From the human T2T-CHM13v2.0 reference genome, Homo sapiens: a DNA stretch of 64,000 nucleotides. A model generated the notes under the pieces. That model worked only from the letters and a program-made list of their open reading frames with translations. It was not told the DNA's origin and searched no databases. The first letter of the stretch is position 1. Each line of letters begins with the position of its first letter. The stretch lies in assembly GCF_009914755.1 (NCBI RefSeq), contig NC_060925.1, one strand, 5' to 3'. The translations under genes were made by a program, and so were the position numbers. Shown here in pieces: positions 41,625-54,200 of the stretch.

Positions 41625-41961
41625 TGTCTTAGTCTGTTTTGTGCTGCTCTAACAGAAAACCGCAGGCTGGGTAACTTACAATGAGCAGAAATGTATGAAT
41701 CCCACTGATCTAGAGGGTGGGAAGTCCAAGATGGACAGATGGCCCCATCTGTGAGGGCTTCTTGCTTCATCATCCCATGGAAGGAGGCACTACGTGGCAA
41801 GAGAGAGAGCAAGAGGCCCACTCTCTCAATAGTGGCACGAATGCGTGTATGGGGGCACAGCCCTTGTGACCCAGTCACTTCCTATTAAGTCCCCCAAAAC
41901 TGTTGCATTGGGAATTAAATTTCTAACACATGAGCTTTAGGGGACACATTCAACCCACAGC
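41625..41961 (-). mobile_element. MST (MSTC/D-like) solo LTR
   Basis: TGTCTTAGTCTGTTTTGTGCTGCTCTAACAGAA...TGTTGCATTGGGAATTAAATTTCTAACACATGA...GGGACACATTCAA. Confidence 0.8.
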
Positions 41962-42555
41962 TGTGGCAAAGGCATTCATACCATCCCCGTGGGAGGCTCT
42001 CCCACCACTACCCCTGCTCCAGGGAGCACAGCCTCCCCGCTTTACTGAGTGCAGAAGCCTCAGGCTTATGGAGGGATTGACAGGTGGAAAGGTCTGTCCT
42101 CTACATCAAGAGGCCACATTGAGACCTGGGGCAACAGACGGGCAGTGGCTGAGGCCACATGGAGAGGGACGTGCCTGGGGGAGATTGGGCACTTTCTGGT
42201 GGCACCAAGGCTGCCCCTCCACCCTCACAGTCCTCCTAGCCCTCATGCCCAAGCCTTTGGACACTTTGACCATTGCATGGTTGCCGTCCCTGGCCTGGCC
42301 TGGAGAAGTCTTGCCAGCCTGGCGAGGCTTCCAAGCAGATCTGTGCCACAGCAACAACCGTCACGATGGTGGCATGGATGGAGGGCCCTGGGCATGGCAG
42401 CGTGGGCTTGGGGAACCTCATGACAGCCCTCAGGTGCTGTTATTACCTGCCGTTGTGTAGACAGGAAAAGCTCAGAGAGTTCAGGAATGTCCCAAGGTCT
42501 CGGCACCTGGAGGTGGCAAGCCAAGAGGTCCATTTGGTTTTGCTCTAAGGTCCAC

Positions 42556-42561
<6 letters not shown>

Positions 42562-42591
<30 letters not shown>

Positions 42592-42881
42592 TTTTTTTTG
42601 AGATAGAGTCTCACTCTGTCACCCAGACTGAAGTGCAGTGGCACAATCTCGGCTCACTGCAACCTCCGCCTCACAGGTTCAAGTGATTCCCTCACCTCAA
42701 CCTCCTGAGTAGCTGGCACTACAGGCGCCCACCACCATGCCCGGCTAATTTTTGTATTTTCAGTAGAGACGGGGTTTCACCATGTTGGTCAGGCTGGTCT
42801 CGAACTCCTGACCTCAAGCAATCCACCAGCCTCGGCTTCCCCAAGTGCTGGGATTAGAAGCGTGAGCCACCGCGCCCAGCC
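42562..42881 (-). mobile_element. Alu SINE (AluS-type)
   Basis: Long poly-T; TSD TAAGGTCCACTTTCTT / TAAAGTCCACTTTCTT. Confidence 0.93.
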
Positions 42882-43869
42882 TTAAAGTCCACTTTCTTAA
42901 GTTTCTGGACAGAACTCTAGAAAAATATGTCCTTCTCCTGCGTCACTGGGACAGTTCTGAGATCTGGGTCGTGGCACCCAAGTGACATTCACTGTGAGAA
43001 GTGGGGGCTCCATAAACTTGGGGCAGCTCAGCTGAATCCACCCTCTCTCCGGTCAACTCACAACTCACACATGCATTCTGGCCTCTGGCCTGTGCCAGGC
43101 ACACAGCTAGGAGCTGGGCCTTGCGGACCACAGGGAGCATCCCTGCCCACAGCGGGCTCACAGTCCGAGAGGACACTGGTATGTGAACTGAGGCAGCGGG
43201 AAGAGCTCCTGGCCAAGGTCTTTGTGTTCAGACCAGAAGAGGAAGGAGGGCTCCCTCCCCCTGGGGCTGTGGAGGCTGAGGCTCCTGGGGGGTTGTCCAC
43301 ATCTGGACCGTGGGAGCTGTTGGGGGGAATGGGGGCAGGTGGAGAAGAGGAGGAGCTTTCTGGAAGGAAGCCCTGTGAATGAGGGGAACCCAGGGAGGAA
43401 GGGGCTCAGATGAAGCAGGTCTGGGGGAGAGGAAGGAAGACAGGTGAGGGGGCTGATGGGAGCCATGATGAGGTCCCAGGGGTAGTGTGCCCCACTTTGG
43501 GCATGGAAGACATCATGGAGACCTCAGAGACACACAGCCCTCTTCCCATGAGCCAGGTGGCAGACAGGACACCCGCACATGGAGGAACCACTAACAAGTG
43601 CCAAGCCCTCCCACGTTTGGGGACAGCCGTGTCAGAGACTGATAATACTGCTCATTCTCGGTGGCACCAAAGGTCCCTGGGCACCTGGCCCCGAGGCTGG
43701 CTGTGCCCAGCACTGTGCAAAATCCCTCCTGTGCTGGTCTTCCTGGATGGGCTGCCGGTCGGAGGGAACTTGGCATTTGACTCTGGCTTTGGAGGGTTTG
43801 GTTATCTCCTCCCCAACCAAGATCTCCTCCAACCCGTGCCCATCACAAGCCCATCCTTAGAGGGTTCAG

Positions 43870-44030
43870 AGTCATATGGTGTGAAACACCCTGTCCTGAC
43901 TGTGTGACCTCGAGAAGGTCACATGACCTCGCTGGGCCTCAGTTTCCTCATCTGTAAATGGGATAATAATAGAAAATACCCTAAAAGGTTGTTGAGAAAA
44001 TGGAACGACTGCAGAGCTTAGTAAAGTGCC
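43870..44030 (+). mobile_element. MIR SINE
   Basis: Core CTGGGCCTCAGTTTCCTCATCTGTAAATGGGATAATAATAG. Confidence 0.8.
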
Positions 44031-45459
44031 ACCACACATACGTGGTTTTTGATAACTCGGTGCCAGGGGCACTGGGGAGCCATGGGAAGCGTCAGATCAG
44101 AAAAGCAGGGCCTGAGGGCCCCCGCCCCTCCTCCCACATCTGCTGGGCACCGTGTTGCGAGAGGACAAGTTTGAGGGGTATCTCTTGGAATCATCCCCTT
44201 TCCCTGGCACCAACCAGCTGCAGCCCCAAGATAGGAAGTTTGGTTGTCATTCCAATATGGCTGGAACCCCAGAAACTTTTTCCTGGCAATCATGGCTGCC
44301 TCCGAAGGGCCTGCAGCAACGTTCTCTGAATTGCTAAGCAACAGTGTCCGTTCTCTCACATGGAGAAAATTGAAACATTGATTCATCTATTTGTTTTGCA
44401 ACTAGCACTAGCGGCTTCATTACTCTGTTCCCTGGGGACACCCTCCCACACACTCGAATTGAAAATTAACTCTTTTTACCTAGGAACAGCCACAATGGGT
44501 TTTTAATTTGGAGAAAGTACAGAAACAATGGTGGGGCTGGGTGCCAGAAATCAGGAGGCAAAGCTGACCTGTGACCCAGGGGCCCTAGACAAGAGCACCC
44601 TCCCTCCACTGGGCCGTGGACAAGCTCTTTGGAGGTGGGACCGGCCAAGAGTGGGCCTTGCGGTCCTTGAGGCCATTAGGGGCAAGTGTTCACACCTGCC
44701 ACGTGTGGCCTAGGTTTCTGCTCCTCACCGGAGCTTTTGCGGTTCTGGCACTGGGAGGCTGCTAGCATCCTCTTGCTGGGAATTTTCTGGAATGGAAGGA
44801 GCACTGTTTCTGGAGTTCAAACAGCTCAGTTCTAGTTTCTAACTCTGTACTGAGGGGCTTTGAGCTCCTCCTTTAAGCCATGTCTCAGTCTCCTCATCAG
44901 TCACCAGAGGGCAGGAATGTGTCTGTGTTCCTTGCATGGCTGTTGTAGGGTTTACACAAAGCTGCACAGCCCACAAGGATGGTGTGATGATATTCGTGTG
45001 CCGGCGAAGCTCTCTCCGTCTTCTTGTCTCTCTGCTCTTGTTGGCTTTCTGGGGATACGTTCCCCTGGAGGACAGAAGGCAGCATTTGTTGCTTCCGTAA
45101 CTTTCACATCACGCGTAGGCCAGCAGCAGGAGGAGCTGGCTCTGATCCCTGAGCTGGAGTCTGTGCTCCAGGAGGCTGTCCCCAGCAACGGCAGGGTCCT
45201 CTTTAGCTAGGAAACAGCAACAGCCATAAATGATAGCCCACGTGGCGGTTGCTCAGAGAAAGGAGCTCTCTCCTGTCAGTTTGCAGAGAGCTCTCTGTCC
45301 TTCTGATAATGCAATGCGTTACTGACCTGATTTCCTAAATCCTCTCCTTCCCCCACTCCTGAGGGCCTCAGTGCCCTGATTCACCCACCCCCTACCCTGC
45401 ATCCTTGGGTGTGTCCATGAACGAGTCTCCAGCAGGAAGATCTGCCTGGGCTCTGGATT

Positions 45460-45905
45460 CTCTGGGGTTGGGTTCAGCTGTGAGTGGCAGAAAATCTAAG
45501 CCAACAGAGGCTCAATGGATAAAGGTTCTCTTTTCTCTGTAAACAGACACAGTCAAGGGCTAGTGTGGTGACTGCACAATTTCCAAGGGACCCAGGCTCC
45601 TTCTAGCTTGTTGCTGTAACATCCACTCCAGCAGCTTCTGGTCCAGTGTGGCTGCTCTAACTCCAGCCATCGTGTCTTCATCCCAGCCACTACAAAGGAG
45701 AGAGGCACAGCCCCTCCTTTTAAGAACACTTCCTGGAACTCACACATACTACTTTCGCTCACAAACCACTGGCCAAGCAGAGTCACATGGCTAGCTGCAG
45801 AGGGAGCTGGGAAGTGTCACACAGCTGTCCAGGCAGCTGTGCACCCAGGAGACTGGGGACTGAGGAACCAGAAGGAAATGGGCCCTGGGCACAATAGCAG
45901 CCTCT
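45460..45905 (-). mobile_element. Old MaLR LTR (MLT1J/K-like)
   Basis: GGGACCCAGGCTCCTTCTAGCTT...TGGCTGCTCTAACTCCAGCCATC...GTCACATGG...GCTGGGAAGTGT. Confidence 0.65.
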
Positions 45906-47139
45906 CGGTGGGTTTCATGGCTGTAACCCAGACCTTACCCTGGCCCGTCCTCTCTCAGCACAGTATCACCTGTCTGTCTGCCCCTAGCTGCTGGGTGTAA
46001 AAGAGCCCTCTTCTCCAAGTGTGGTCTCCTTGGCCTGGAGTGCACACGCTCCAGAACCTTCCAGTGGCCATCAGCTAAGAAGGACCAGAAGGTGAGGCTG
46101 AGGACTGGGCACATCCCAGTGGTGAGGCAGCGCCCTGTCTTTATCAGCAGGGAGCAGGGGGCGTTAGCAGGGGGCCTAAAGGGGATCCCTTCCCCAACCT
46201 GCCCATCATCCTGGGGAAGAGAAGACTCAGTTCCACATTGCATGGGGGTGTGTGGAAGGAGGGAGGAGCCAAGCAGAGGCCCAGGTGTGTGGAAGGGGTG
46301 CAGAGACTGAACCAGGCCTGTCCTGGGAAGCCGAGAAGATCAGCCCCCTACACGATGGGAAGTAAGGCAGCCTGAGGATGCCGGACACACTGTGGGCTGC
46401 AGGGTACTCTGAGCTCTAGGAAGCAGAGCTGGGGCCAGCAGGTGGGGGCTGCAGGATTTTGGCTCAATGAAAGGAAGGTGTGACTAACTGCTGGGGCTGT
46501 CCTCTGGTGGACCGGGCTGCACCAGAAGAGAGCTAGATGTGAGCAGGCAGAGGCTGGCCCTGCATGGAACGAGGTGTGGGGTAGGACCCAGCAGTCTTCC
46601 CCTGTGTGGAACCTGCTCTGAGCATTTCTGCCAGGACAAAAGCCACATCCCAGAGCTTATCCCTGACACTCTCTGCCGCCTCTGGGGGGCAGTGACCAGA
46701 CTCTGAGGGTCGTCTGGAGGCTCTGTCCCGTCCCAAGTCCACTCTGATCCACAAGGTCTGCCCTGGTGCCCAGACCTGCACAGGTGCACAGGAAGACACA
46801 GGGGGGTTCAACTCCACACGGTGAGTGGGTGTCCAGCCACTTAGAAGGTGCCGTCTCCCGGGAGGTAGACCCAGATCACTGTCCTCACCCTAGGGATCAA
46901 TAGTCTGAGGTTGGCCACGTGAGAGTGGCATCAGATCTGGGCTCTGGGAAGCTCCCCTGGGACCCTGAGCTCTGACGGGTGCTCTTGCATCCCCAAAGAT
47001 GAGCTGGGATGGAGAATGGGGCGTCCATGGCATTCTGCTCAGAGAGGGGGTGTCACGGACATTCTGATAAACCCTTAGGGTGGGGACTCTGCTAGAGGAA
47101 TCATATAACACTTTCTTTCTTTGTGCCACAATTCTGTAT

Positions 47140-47593
47140 TGTTAAAGAAAAACTTTATTCATGATGCTTGTTAAAGATGATAAGGCAGACGTTATTCCAG
47201 GGGCGCCATGACTGTAGGTTCAGGGACCACCATGGGGTCTTACAGTAGGGGAGAGAGATCAGGCTGAACTCTGACTCCAGCAAGGAGAAGTGGGGATTTA
47301 TCAGCAAGGAGCAGGGGGCATCAGGGGACGGAAGCTGACTGAGAGGATGGCCAAGGGTCGGGGGCTTCCGGCTGAACTGTCTCGCTCGGATTAGGCCTGC
47401 AGGCAGGCCAGGAGGAGATGATGTGGAGGGTGGTCAGATACTAAGGTGGGGGTTTCTGCTAAGCTGACGGCAGGATTGTGGCTCACACTGGATTCTCCCA
47501 CGACAGAGAGGGAAGCCCGAGTTTGGGCCGAGTCAAGCAGAGGACTCAGTAGACCCTAACTAAAGTTTTAGTCAAAGGAAGGAATCTTTGTCA
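47140..47593 (-). mobile_element. ERV1-class solo LTR (MER31-like)
   Basis: TG...CA termini; reverse complement starts TGACAAAGATTCCTTCCTTTGACTAAAACTTTAGTTAGGG; 4-bp near-TSD GTAT/GAAT. Confidence 0.7.
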
Positions 47594-47723
47594 GAATTAA
47601 GTACCCGCTCTGGGGTAGACACCACTGGATGCTGGGTATGCAGCAGAGAACAGAAGAACAGGGGTTCTGCCCCCATGGGGTTTATATTTCATGTAAGCAG
47701 ATAAATAACTGGAGAGAGGTGCA

Positions 47724-48236
47724 CAGCCCCTCATCTGAAACCCCTAAGGCCAGGTGTACTTAGCTAGACCAGAGGTCCTCACATGGGGCAATCTGGCAGT
47801 GTCTGGAGATGCTATCGGTTGTCACAGCTGAGGGTGGGGCTGCTAGTGGCATCTGGTGGGTGGAGGCCGGGGACACTGTAAACATCCTGCAATGCACCGG
47901 ACAGCCCCCACGGTGGAGTTATCCGGCCTACGACGCCAGTACTCGTGCCGAGGCTTAGAAACGTGGCTTGAGACTTCAGACTTTGCATTTTAGAAACAGA
48001 ATATGGTACATAGACCATATATTATGTAATGTCCCCGGCGGGATGTGGAGTAGCACCCCATAATCAGATGCATTAATATTTCTGCAGCAAAATTTATGAA
48101 TATTCACACAAAGAGGGATGAACTGAGACTATAAGTAGCCTCACATCAGTTCAGGTCACGTTTTGCCACCAAATGAGTTATGAACAAGCTGTGGCTTTTA
48201 GAGCTTTATGGATTTTGGAATTGGATTGTGGGCCTG
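47724..48236. mobile_element. Ancient TcMar-Tigger-like MITE, split by MER20
   Basis: CAGCCCCTCATCTGAAACCCCT...CATTAATATTTCTGCAGC...TCAGTTCAGGTCACGTTTTGCC...GATTGTGGGCCTG then TA. Confidence 0.55.
47770..47965. mobile_element. MER20 hAT-Charlie MITE
   Basis: TGGCAGTGTCTGGAGA...GGTTGTCACAGCTG...GGCATCTGGTGGGTGGAGGCCGGGGA...AAACATCCTGCAATGCACCGGACAGCCCCC. Confidence 0.8.
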
Positions 48237-51200
48237 TAATATAATTTAAGATAGTGATAAATGCAGTAACGACAGCCAGGCAGAGTAAAGGAAGGGGTAC
48301 GGGAGGGTTGCGGATAGAGTAGCCAAGAAGAGGCCTCTGCGGAGGGGCACCTGGCAGAGCCCTGAGAGCGGTGGGATGGGCTGGGAGCAGATCTAGGGAA
48401 TGGCAGTCCTAACAGAGGGAAGAGTATGTGCAAAGGCCCTGGGGTGGACATAAGCTTGAAGTCTCTGAAAAACAGCCAGGAGCCCAGCCTACTCCAGTGG
48501 GTTCCCATAGGAGTGACGAGGCTACAGAGGTGACCAGGACCAGATGGGTCCAGCCCATGGGCATTGTAAGGACTTGGGGTTTCACCGTGAGTGTGGAGGG
48601 GAGCCAGTGAAAGAACGTGAACATGGGATCACGCTGGCTACTGGTGCAGAGGGCAAGGGCAGGAGGCTGCAGGAGGACAATGGGCCATGGGAGGACAAGA
48701 ATAGGTAGCCTCAAGGGGCAGGAGGGGAATGGCCAGGATGCGGGGTGCCCAGTTCATACATCCTAGAGGGGGGCTCTCTTGTGGACAGACAGGCCAGAGA
48801 CACGGCTCATCTGTCCCTCATCCACCTCCAGCTTCCTGCTGCGGGGCCTTAGTAGACTCAGCCCCCACCTCCCCTGCCTCCCACCTCCCCTCTCGATGCG
48901 GCTTTCATTATGTAAACCTGTCTGGTTCCCAGCTGGGCTGAGCCTTCCTCTCTGTGTCCCCCAGGACCCTGGGTCCAGCTCCTCACATGCACTCACAGGG
49001 CAGGGACAAGTTTGCGGTAGAAATCCCCAAGATTGTGGGAAAAGGCTGGGGTAGCCAGGGCAGTTCCCAAACAGACAAGGTGGTGAGAACAAGCTGGAAT
49101 GAGAACCAGAGGAGCCTGGAGGAGGAGGAAGGCGCCCACTCCCAGCCAGGCTCCACTCCCAGCCAGGCACCTGGCTGCATCCATCCCTCAGGGCCCCGGG
49201 CACCCTCCAGTGTGGGCGGCCCCTCCCTGCAGCTGCATCTCAGGGCCCAGCGGTGGGGATCCGCACTTGAGTTTAAGCCTCGAGGGCTGGCTGTGGACGC
49301 ACTCTGAAGACGAAAGTCCAGAAATTAGGGAAATGTCCTTGGCTCAAATGTCGGAGTCCTCCCCGTTATCGCAGAAGGCGCCTTATCTGCGCTCCCCAGA
49401 GGCCCGAGATAAAGCCCATGCTGCAAGCCAAGGGCACTCTTCAGCCTCCAGCCTGGAGTTCTAAACCCTGCAGCCACACCGAACCTCCTGGCAGCTTCCA
49501 AACAATACTGACACCTAGGCGTGACTTGGGCGCCCAGGCCAGGCTGTGAAGCCCTGCTCCAGGGCCCAGGCCTAACTGGCACCACCCCGTCCCCATGGGC
49601 CTGCAGCCTCCCTCCTGCCCCAGCACTCCTCTGCCCTCAGCTCACCAGCTGGGCAACAATACCTGGAAAGGGTAGAAGCATACCCCCGCCTGGGCACACC
49701 AGCCGACACGGTCTCCTCCTGGTCCCACTGGGTCCTCACCACATCAGGGATCAGGGGTGGGGGACTGTCGACAGCCCTGAGATGTGACCAGGAAGATAGG
49801 AGGGGCTCAGAGGGGCCCCATGCTGTGCAGGGGTCATGTGGCTCCCACGGTGGCTGCGGTGGAACTGAGGTGCCCCTTGCTGTGGGGCGGGCAGAGAAGC
49901 ACAATAGCAGTGTGGATGGGGACGTCCCCACCTTGTGGCTAGGGGAGGGGTTGTGCCACTCAAGAGGGGTTGGTGGACTCAAAGTAGCCCAGATACACCA
50001 GGGCAGGGGTCTGTGATGTCCCCAACCACCCCCGCCCCCATGACCACCTGCACCCACCACCAGCTCCCCCAGAAGGGGAGGGGTTTCAATGCCTAGAATT
50101 GTTCCTATTCCCCAGTCATTCTATCTGTCTGTCTGCACGCCTTCCCTTCCCCACTCCCATCCCAGACCAGGTGAGAGGGAAGAGGCCTCTGTGGCAGGAG
50201 GTGGGGGGCCCACACAGCCGCCACGAAGAATTCATAGCCTATTGGAGTTGAGCCCATCCACCCGCCGCCCCTGCAGGCGGCCCTGCTGTGCCTGGCAGAG
50301 CCCTGGCCAGACAGATACCCCCACCCTAGACCCCCACCCTTTCCCCACTTCTGGAAAGGGTGAATCTTTCCTTCCTAAAGGGCTTTGCTCACAGATCCAT
50401 CTAAACCCAATTACCGGGAGTGTGGGGCCTGCGTCTGCGGTGAGTCGGCAGCACGCCCTCCACTCTAACCGCCCGTGATTTCAGCGCTGAATATCTTTCA
50501 GAGTTATTTAAGAGGTTCTTCCCTTTTTTCCCATTTTGATGATATGTTTCTAAATTATACATTAAACTTATCAGGGTGAGTAATACCTCGCAGCTTCCCC
50601 ATGTCAGGCCTAATGTTACTTACTCGTCTGCTGCCTTGTGTTTACATGGTTGAGGGGGATATGCTCCTTTCAGATCCATTTATCTTCATCTGAAGTGTTT
50701 AGAGATGAGAACCTCAGATGGGTTGCAGACACCTGGGCTCCCCCGAGCGCCCAGCTTCTGCAGGAACCTCTCCTCCTGCAACCAGGGTCTGCAGTGTCAT
50801 GTCTCAGGCTGGCAGGAACCTGGAGGCACCCCTTCCCCATGGGAGGGTCATGGGGAACAGAGAAGCCCCCAGAGAGAGCAGACCTGAGAGGTCAGGCTCA
50901 GAGATGAAATGGCTTTTCCTGGAAGGAAACGTAAAGCACCGGGTACCTCCCCAGAACCCGCCTCCCTCGGCCCAGATGGCAGCTGTAGCTTCTGGGAGAA
51001 CAGGTCCTTGATCCCCTATCGGTGCCTGGCCCTGGCCATTCATTCCTCGTTCAAGTGCGTGTGGCAGCCTCCACCGTGCAGGTGGGCACTGGGCTGGCCT
51101 GGCAGTGGCCCAGGGTGCTGTTCTGGGTCACTGGGGCTATGGGACTAGACCCCAGGGCTGGGATCCCACAGAAAGTCACAGGCCCTGCCCATTGGCAAGG

Positions 51201-54200
51201 TCTCTCTCTGCCTCTCAGCCAGGAAAATCCCTACCCCAGGACAAGCTCCTGTGGCCAGACAACCCCCGCCCCAGTTCTCACTGCCTCTGACACCCACGCT
51301 GGTGTGGCCCTGCTGGGGACCCCGGGTCTGTCAGGTCTGGTGAGAGGTGGCTCTGCAGTCTGGAGCCCTTTGCTCTGCCACACACAGTCGGGATGGTCCG
51401 GGCGGGGGATGGCCCCAGGGGCTCAGGAGGCCCTGGGCTTCGTAATCACACTACACTAACGCCTCTGCAAGCATCGTTTTATCAAAACCCTCACCATTGC
51501 CATCACCACCTCCATTTGACAGCTGAGCTGAAGAGCTTGGTGTGCCCAAGGCCACGAAGTGGAGCCCAGGTCTTGCAGACTCCAGACCTTGGACTCTCGG
51601 GTCCCATGCAGCTCCAGGCCAGGGCGATCTGAGCAGCCCCAGCCACAGTGGCCCATGTTGTTCCCTCCCTTGCAGGGCAACCCCAGGGCCACGACTGGGC
51701 TCCTGGCAGCACGGCCAGATGGACCTCTGCTCTCTGCCAGTGAGGTACCTGCCCCTGGAGCGGGACCAACAGCTCCAGGCAGGAGATTCACCCAAAGGGA
51801 AGTGACGGGGCAATTTATCATATCAATAAACTTGCTTAGAGTGCACTCTGTCTTCTGTAATGAAATGGGGATGCAGTCCCACCATGTTATTGGGCACCAG
51901 GGCAACCCCGCATCAGGTGCTTATTATTTTCTGCCACGATCAGGGAAGACTGATCGTGCTTGGATAAGTGCAGCTTAAAATTGAAAACCAAGCAATTTAC
52001 CTTCAATCGCTTCTCAGAATTTTGCGCAGCCAGAAAACCGACTCCCTTTCCATTTTAACTGCTTCCATTAGCATTCGTTTCCTCCGTGAGAAGAGGGCTT
52101 AGCTGGGAAGGGAATTGTAGTGCCATCACATTTCCCCCTTCTGGAGAAAGACGCTTGCCCCAGGCTCCTCTTTCTTGAGGGCCGACAGGGTCAGGGTGTT
52201 GTGGTCCCTCCCCTTCCTCCTGGCAGAGCCAGGCCTTTACTGGGCACTGGGCTGGGCATTGTGCCTGTCCTCAGGTCTACCAAGGAGAGGGTGCCCAAGT
52301 AGGGGTGGGTGTTGCCCTCTTCCTGGGGGCTCTACACACCCCGGCCGCTGTGGCAGGGTTCCCCACATGTCCCCTGCATTTGTTCAGGTGTTGAGGAGCA
52401 GATGTCCTCAAGTCAATTTTCCTGTGACATTTTCGTGTCATTTCCAAGTGAAGGAGGACAGCTTGACTGTGGGATGCTTGGGGACCCAGGGGAGGCAAAT
52501 CCTCTTGGTGAGAGCAGTCAGCGCTTGTGGCTTGACGGCTTGACGCATGGTGTCCGTCATTCTGTGCAGGCCTGCAGTTCTGACCAGCAGTGGTTGTCTC
52601 CGCTGGCTCCAGATATCCTTCCCTCGACCTCTGTCGCTCAGCATCTGCGGGGTAAATCCTGCAAGGTTTGCTCCACGTTCTAGGAAAGAAATTCTCTACT
52701 CTAGTGATATTGACAGGGAGGCTGGATGAGGCCTCTGGACAGACCCCCAAAGCCCTTGCCTCGATGTTCCTTTTATCCCAGGAATAATAAGAGGAGGGTT
52801 TTCTCAGATGCAAATCATCCTCCACTTGTAAATTTCACAGTTACCTCCCGAGGCCCCTCCATCAATGCTGCCAAGATAAACTGTTGTGATAGCCTCAAAC
52901 CCCGGCTGCCCTTCTGGCTGTGTGGCTTCAGCCCTGGCCTCCTCTTGTTTGATCAGCCTCCCTCTTGCTGGCTGCACAAGGCGGGGTTGTGTGCAGATGG
53001 GATTTTAAAGCCCTTTGCACACCCTGGCTTGGTACGATCGCATGGAGCTTGCCCCTGAAAGAAGAACTTGAGGGCCAGGCCCTGAGTTTGGATCCTTTTC
53101 CTGGAAGTCTCCGCCCTGAACTTCAACATTGCCTATTTGCCCGTACAGGGTGTCCCAGGGCTAGCATCTCCCTAAGGCAGGGGTGAGGACATAAGCCCCC
53201 AACACGGCCCTCACAATCAAGGCAGCTCTAGGAGGATTCATGCACAGCTCCGAGTCATCAAGGCCCTGCTGCTGCTATGAGTCCCTGGCCAGGGCTGATC
53301 CTGAGCCTCTTACGTGGAAGCAGTGAGATAAAGGGAAGGAAAATTTCAGGCAGATAGAGCAGCACATTCCACAGGGTCAGAGCAGGTGTGGGCCCTGGTG
53401 GGGGCAGTTTGGATGAGTACTGGGACCCTGTACTCATCTACCCACCACAATATAACCAGGCCCCGCTGGCTCTTCAGGATTAAGGGCCAGGGAACCTGCA
53501 GTGGCCCCTTGGGCTGGCATCTCTGATTTGAGACAGTCTGGCTTTGCTGCCTGCACCTTGGAGGGTGGTTCATGAGGGCTACAGCTGGAGGTGCCCCCAC
53601 CCACTAGCATACTTGGGGTGGGCGGTTGGCTGACAGCCAGCCAGCATTCCAACTCCCTCCCCTCCACCAGACAGCGCTAATTTTGGGGAGAACCTTAGAG
53701 GTGTCCCAAAGCACAGCCCTGGTCACTTTATGGTCCTGCTTTCAAAAGGACCGGCACCTTTGCCCACCCTCAGAGAGACTGGGCAGTGGGTGTCAGACTC
53801 TGGCAGCATCAGAGAAGAGCCCAGAGAGAGAGGGGAGTTTCCCCAGAGCTGACGGCAGGGCTTTTCCAGGAGGCCGTCTGAGAATCAGGATCACCAGACA
53901 AAACCTCTCTAATTATTTTTAAGTATATTTTTACTTTCACATTTGCTCTTGTTTTTATCGTCATATATACTGTACCTACAGAAAAGTGCACGGAACAGAT
54001 AGGACTGGTGATTCCGTGATTATCAAGTGTGTGACCACAACCCAGGACCAGAAACTGACACTGGGTTCTCTGCGGTCTGCCATTTCCCCCATAATGGGAA
54101 GAGTAACCTGGGACTAGACCCTCACTCCGAAACTGAAGTATTTCTGTGCAGTTCCCGGGCGCTGCAGCAAACCCTAACCCACCATTGATTCTTGTTCCTT

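Larger units (their letters stand above)
47594..48700 (-). mobile_element. L2 LINE relic hosting Tigger and MER20 insertions
   Basis: GATGCTGGGTATGCAGCAGAGAACAG...; AGAGGGAAGAGTATGTGCAAAGGCCCTGGGGT...; GTAAGGACTTGGGGTTTCA. Confidence 0.55.

Noticed and set aside
46495-46511. Additional CTCF-like motif CCACCAGAGGACAG (minus strand)
   Set aside because: Mismatch at a core G; not supportable without ChIP data.
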